DNA of 63,648 nt, the filler included, from Choristocarpus tenellus KU-1152 (taxonomy: Eukaryota > Protista > Phaeophyceae), in the NCBI GenBank assembly GCA_964200185.2. It is 9 parts of 9 records of this genome, joined end to end, with 100 filler letters (N's around TTAATTAATTAA, not from the genome) between each part and the next. Parts side by side here need not be neighbours in the genome. Positions count along the whole stretch, not along the records: positions 53,181 to 63,648 come from CAXNAD020002912.1; 8 more parts are not named here. One strand, given 5' to 3'. The notes under the pieces are model-generated. The model did not search any database, had not been told where the DNA came from, and worked only from the letters and a program-made list of their open reading frames with translations. Both the position numbers and the translations under genes were made by a program. Positions 63,116-63,648 of this stretch are shown piece after piece; the stretch's first letter is position 1; every line of letters starts with the position of its first letter.

Positions 63116-63648
63116 TTAGCTCACTATTTTTGCTGTGGGTGAGTAGTGTAATGATTGAGGGGAGTCACTGATTGGTGGGTAGTTGTACATGGCAAGGTGT
63201 TGTACTTTGAATATATATTTTAGCAAGAATGCATGCATGGTGCCAGTGGCGTTGGATAGAGGAAAAGCTGAAGTGGACCTCAGGAGGAGGAGTGGTGTAG
63301 GATAGTAAGAGTGAACATGGGCAATCAAGCAGTAGAGGAGGTATAGACCATGAGAGCAATAGGGAGGTCAATTACTTGAGGGATACTCCACTTTTGAGGG
63401 CCATTGGTACAAGTGTGCTCAGATCAGGAGCATAGATATAGGTTAATCAACTCACTCTCACTCTGAGCAACAACACCCAGTTCTATTAGCTGAATAATAT
63501 ATTCATAGAAACATTCTAAGAATTTAAAGAAATAGCTATTGTTGCACCTAAACTAACTGCATCATCTCCTTCATTTTCTTCTGTACATCGTTTGTCCATT
63601 GAAAACTGTTTTGGTTAAAAAAAAGTCGCTCAAAGTATCTGGGGGGGG

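Overview
Intron-rich eukaryotic DNA, most likely from a brown alga or a close ochrophyte. This is inferred from a bipartite plastid-type presequence, the intron style and TTAGGG repeats. The window is not one locus: eight 100-nt spacers (N-run/TTAATTAATTAA/N-run) join nine contigs, so adjacency across them is artificial. Spliced genes reconstructed by hand are mevalonate kinase and a WDR75/Utp17-like gene (head-to-head), a complete RPS6, a degraded ADAL/MAPDA-like gene divergent from RPS6, gelsolin/villin-like exons, a Virilizer-like fragment, a complete RPH1-like plastid membrane protein with a GC-AG intron, and a BAH-domain protein. Mobile DNA includes a Ty1/copia relic, an LTR family (three copies, one with a PBS and one with a PPT), a DD39D mariner, a CRE-type non-LTR fragment, a hAT relic and a multi-subfamily MITE group (about 15 copies or ends). 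I found no CRISPR array, rRNA or tRNA, and no demonstrated novel system. The best leads are sense-strand intronic TTAGGG arrays (one overwriting a MITE hairpin arm), a GT/CA-bracketed intron, the MITE family, and a heavily substituted tract spanning a contig linker.
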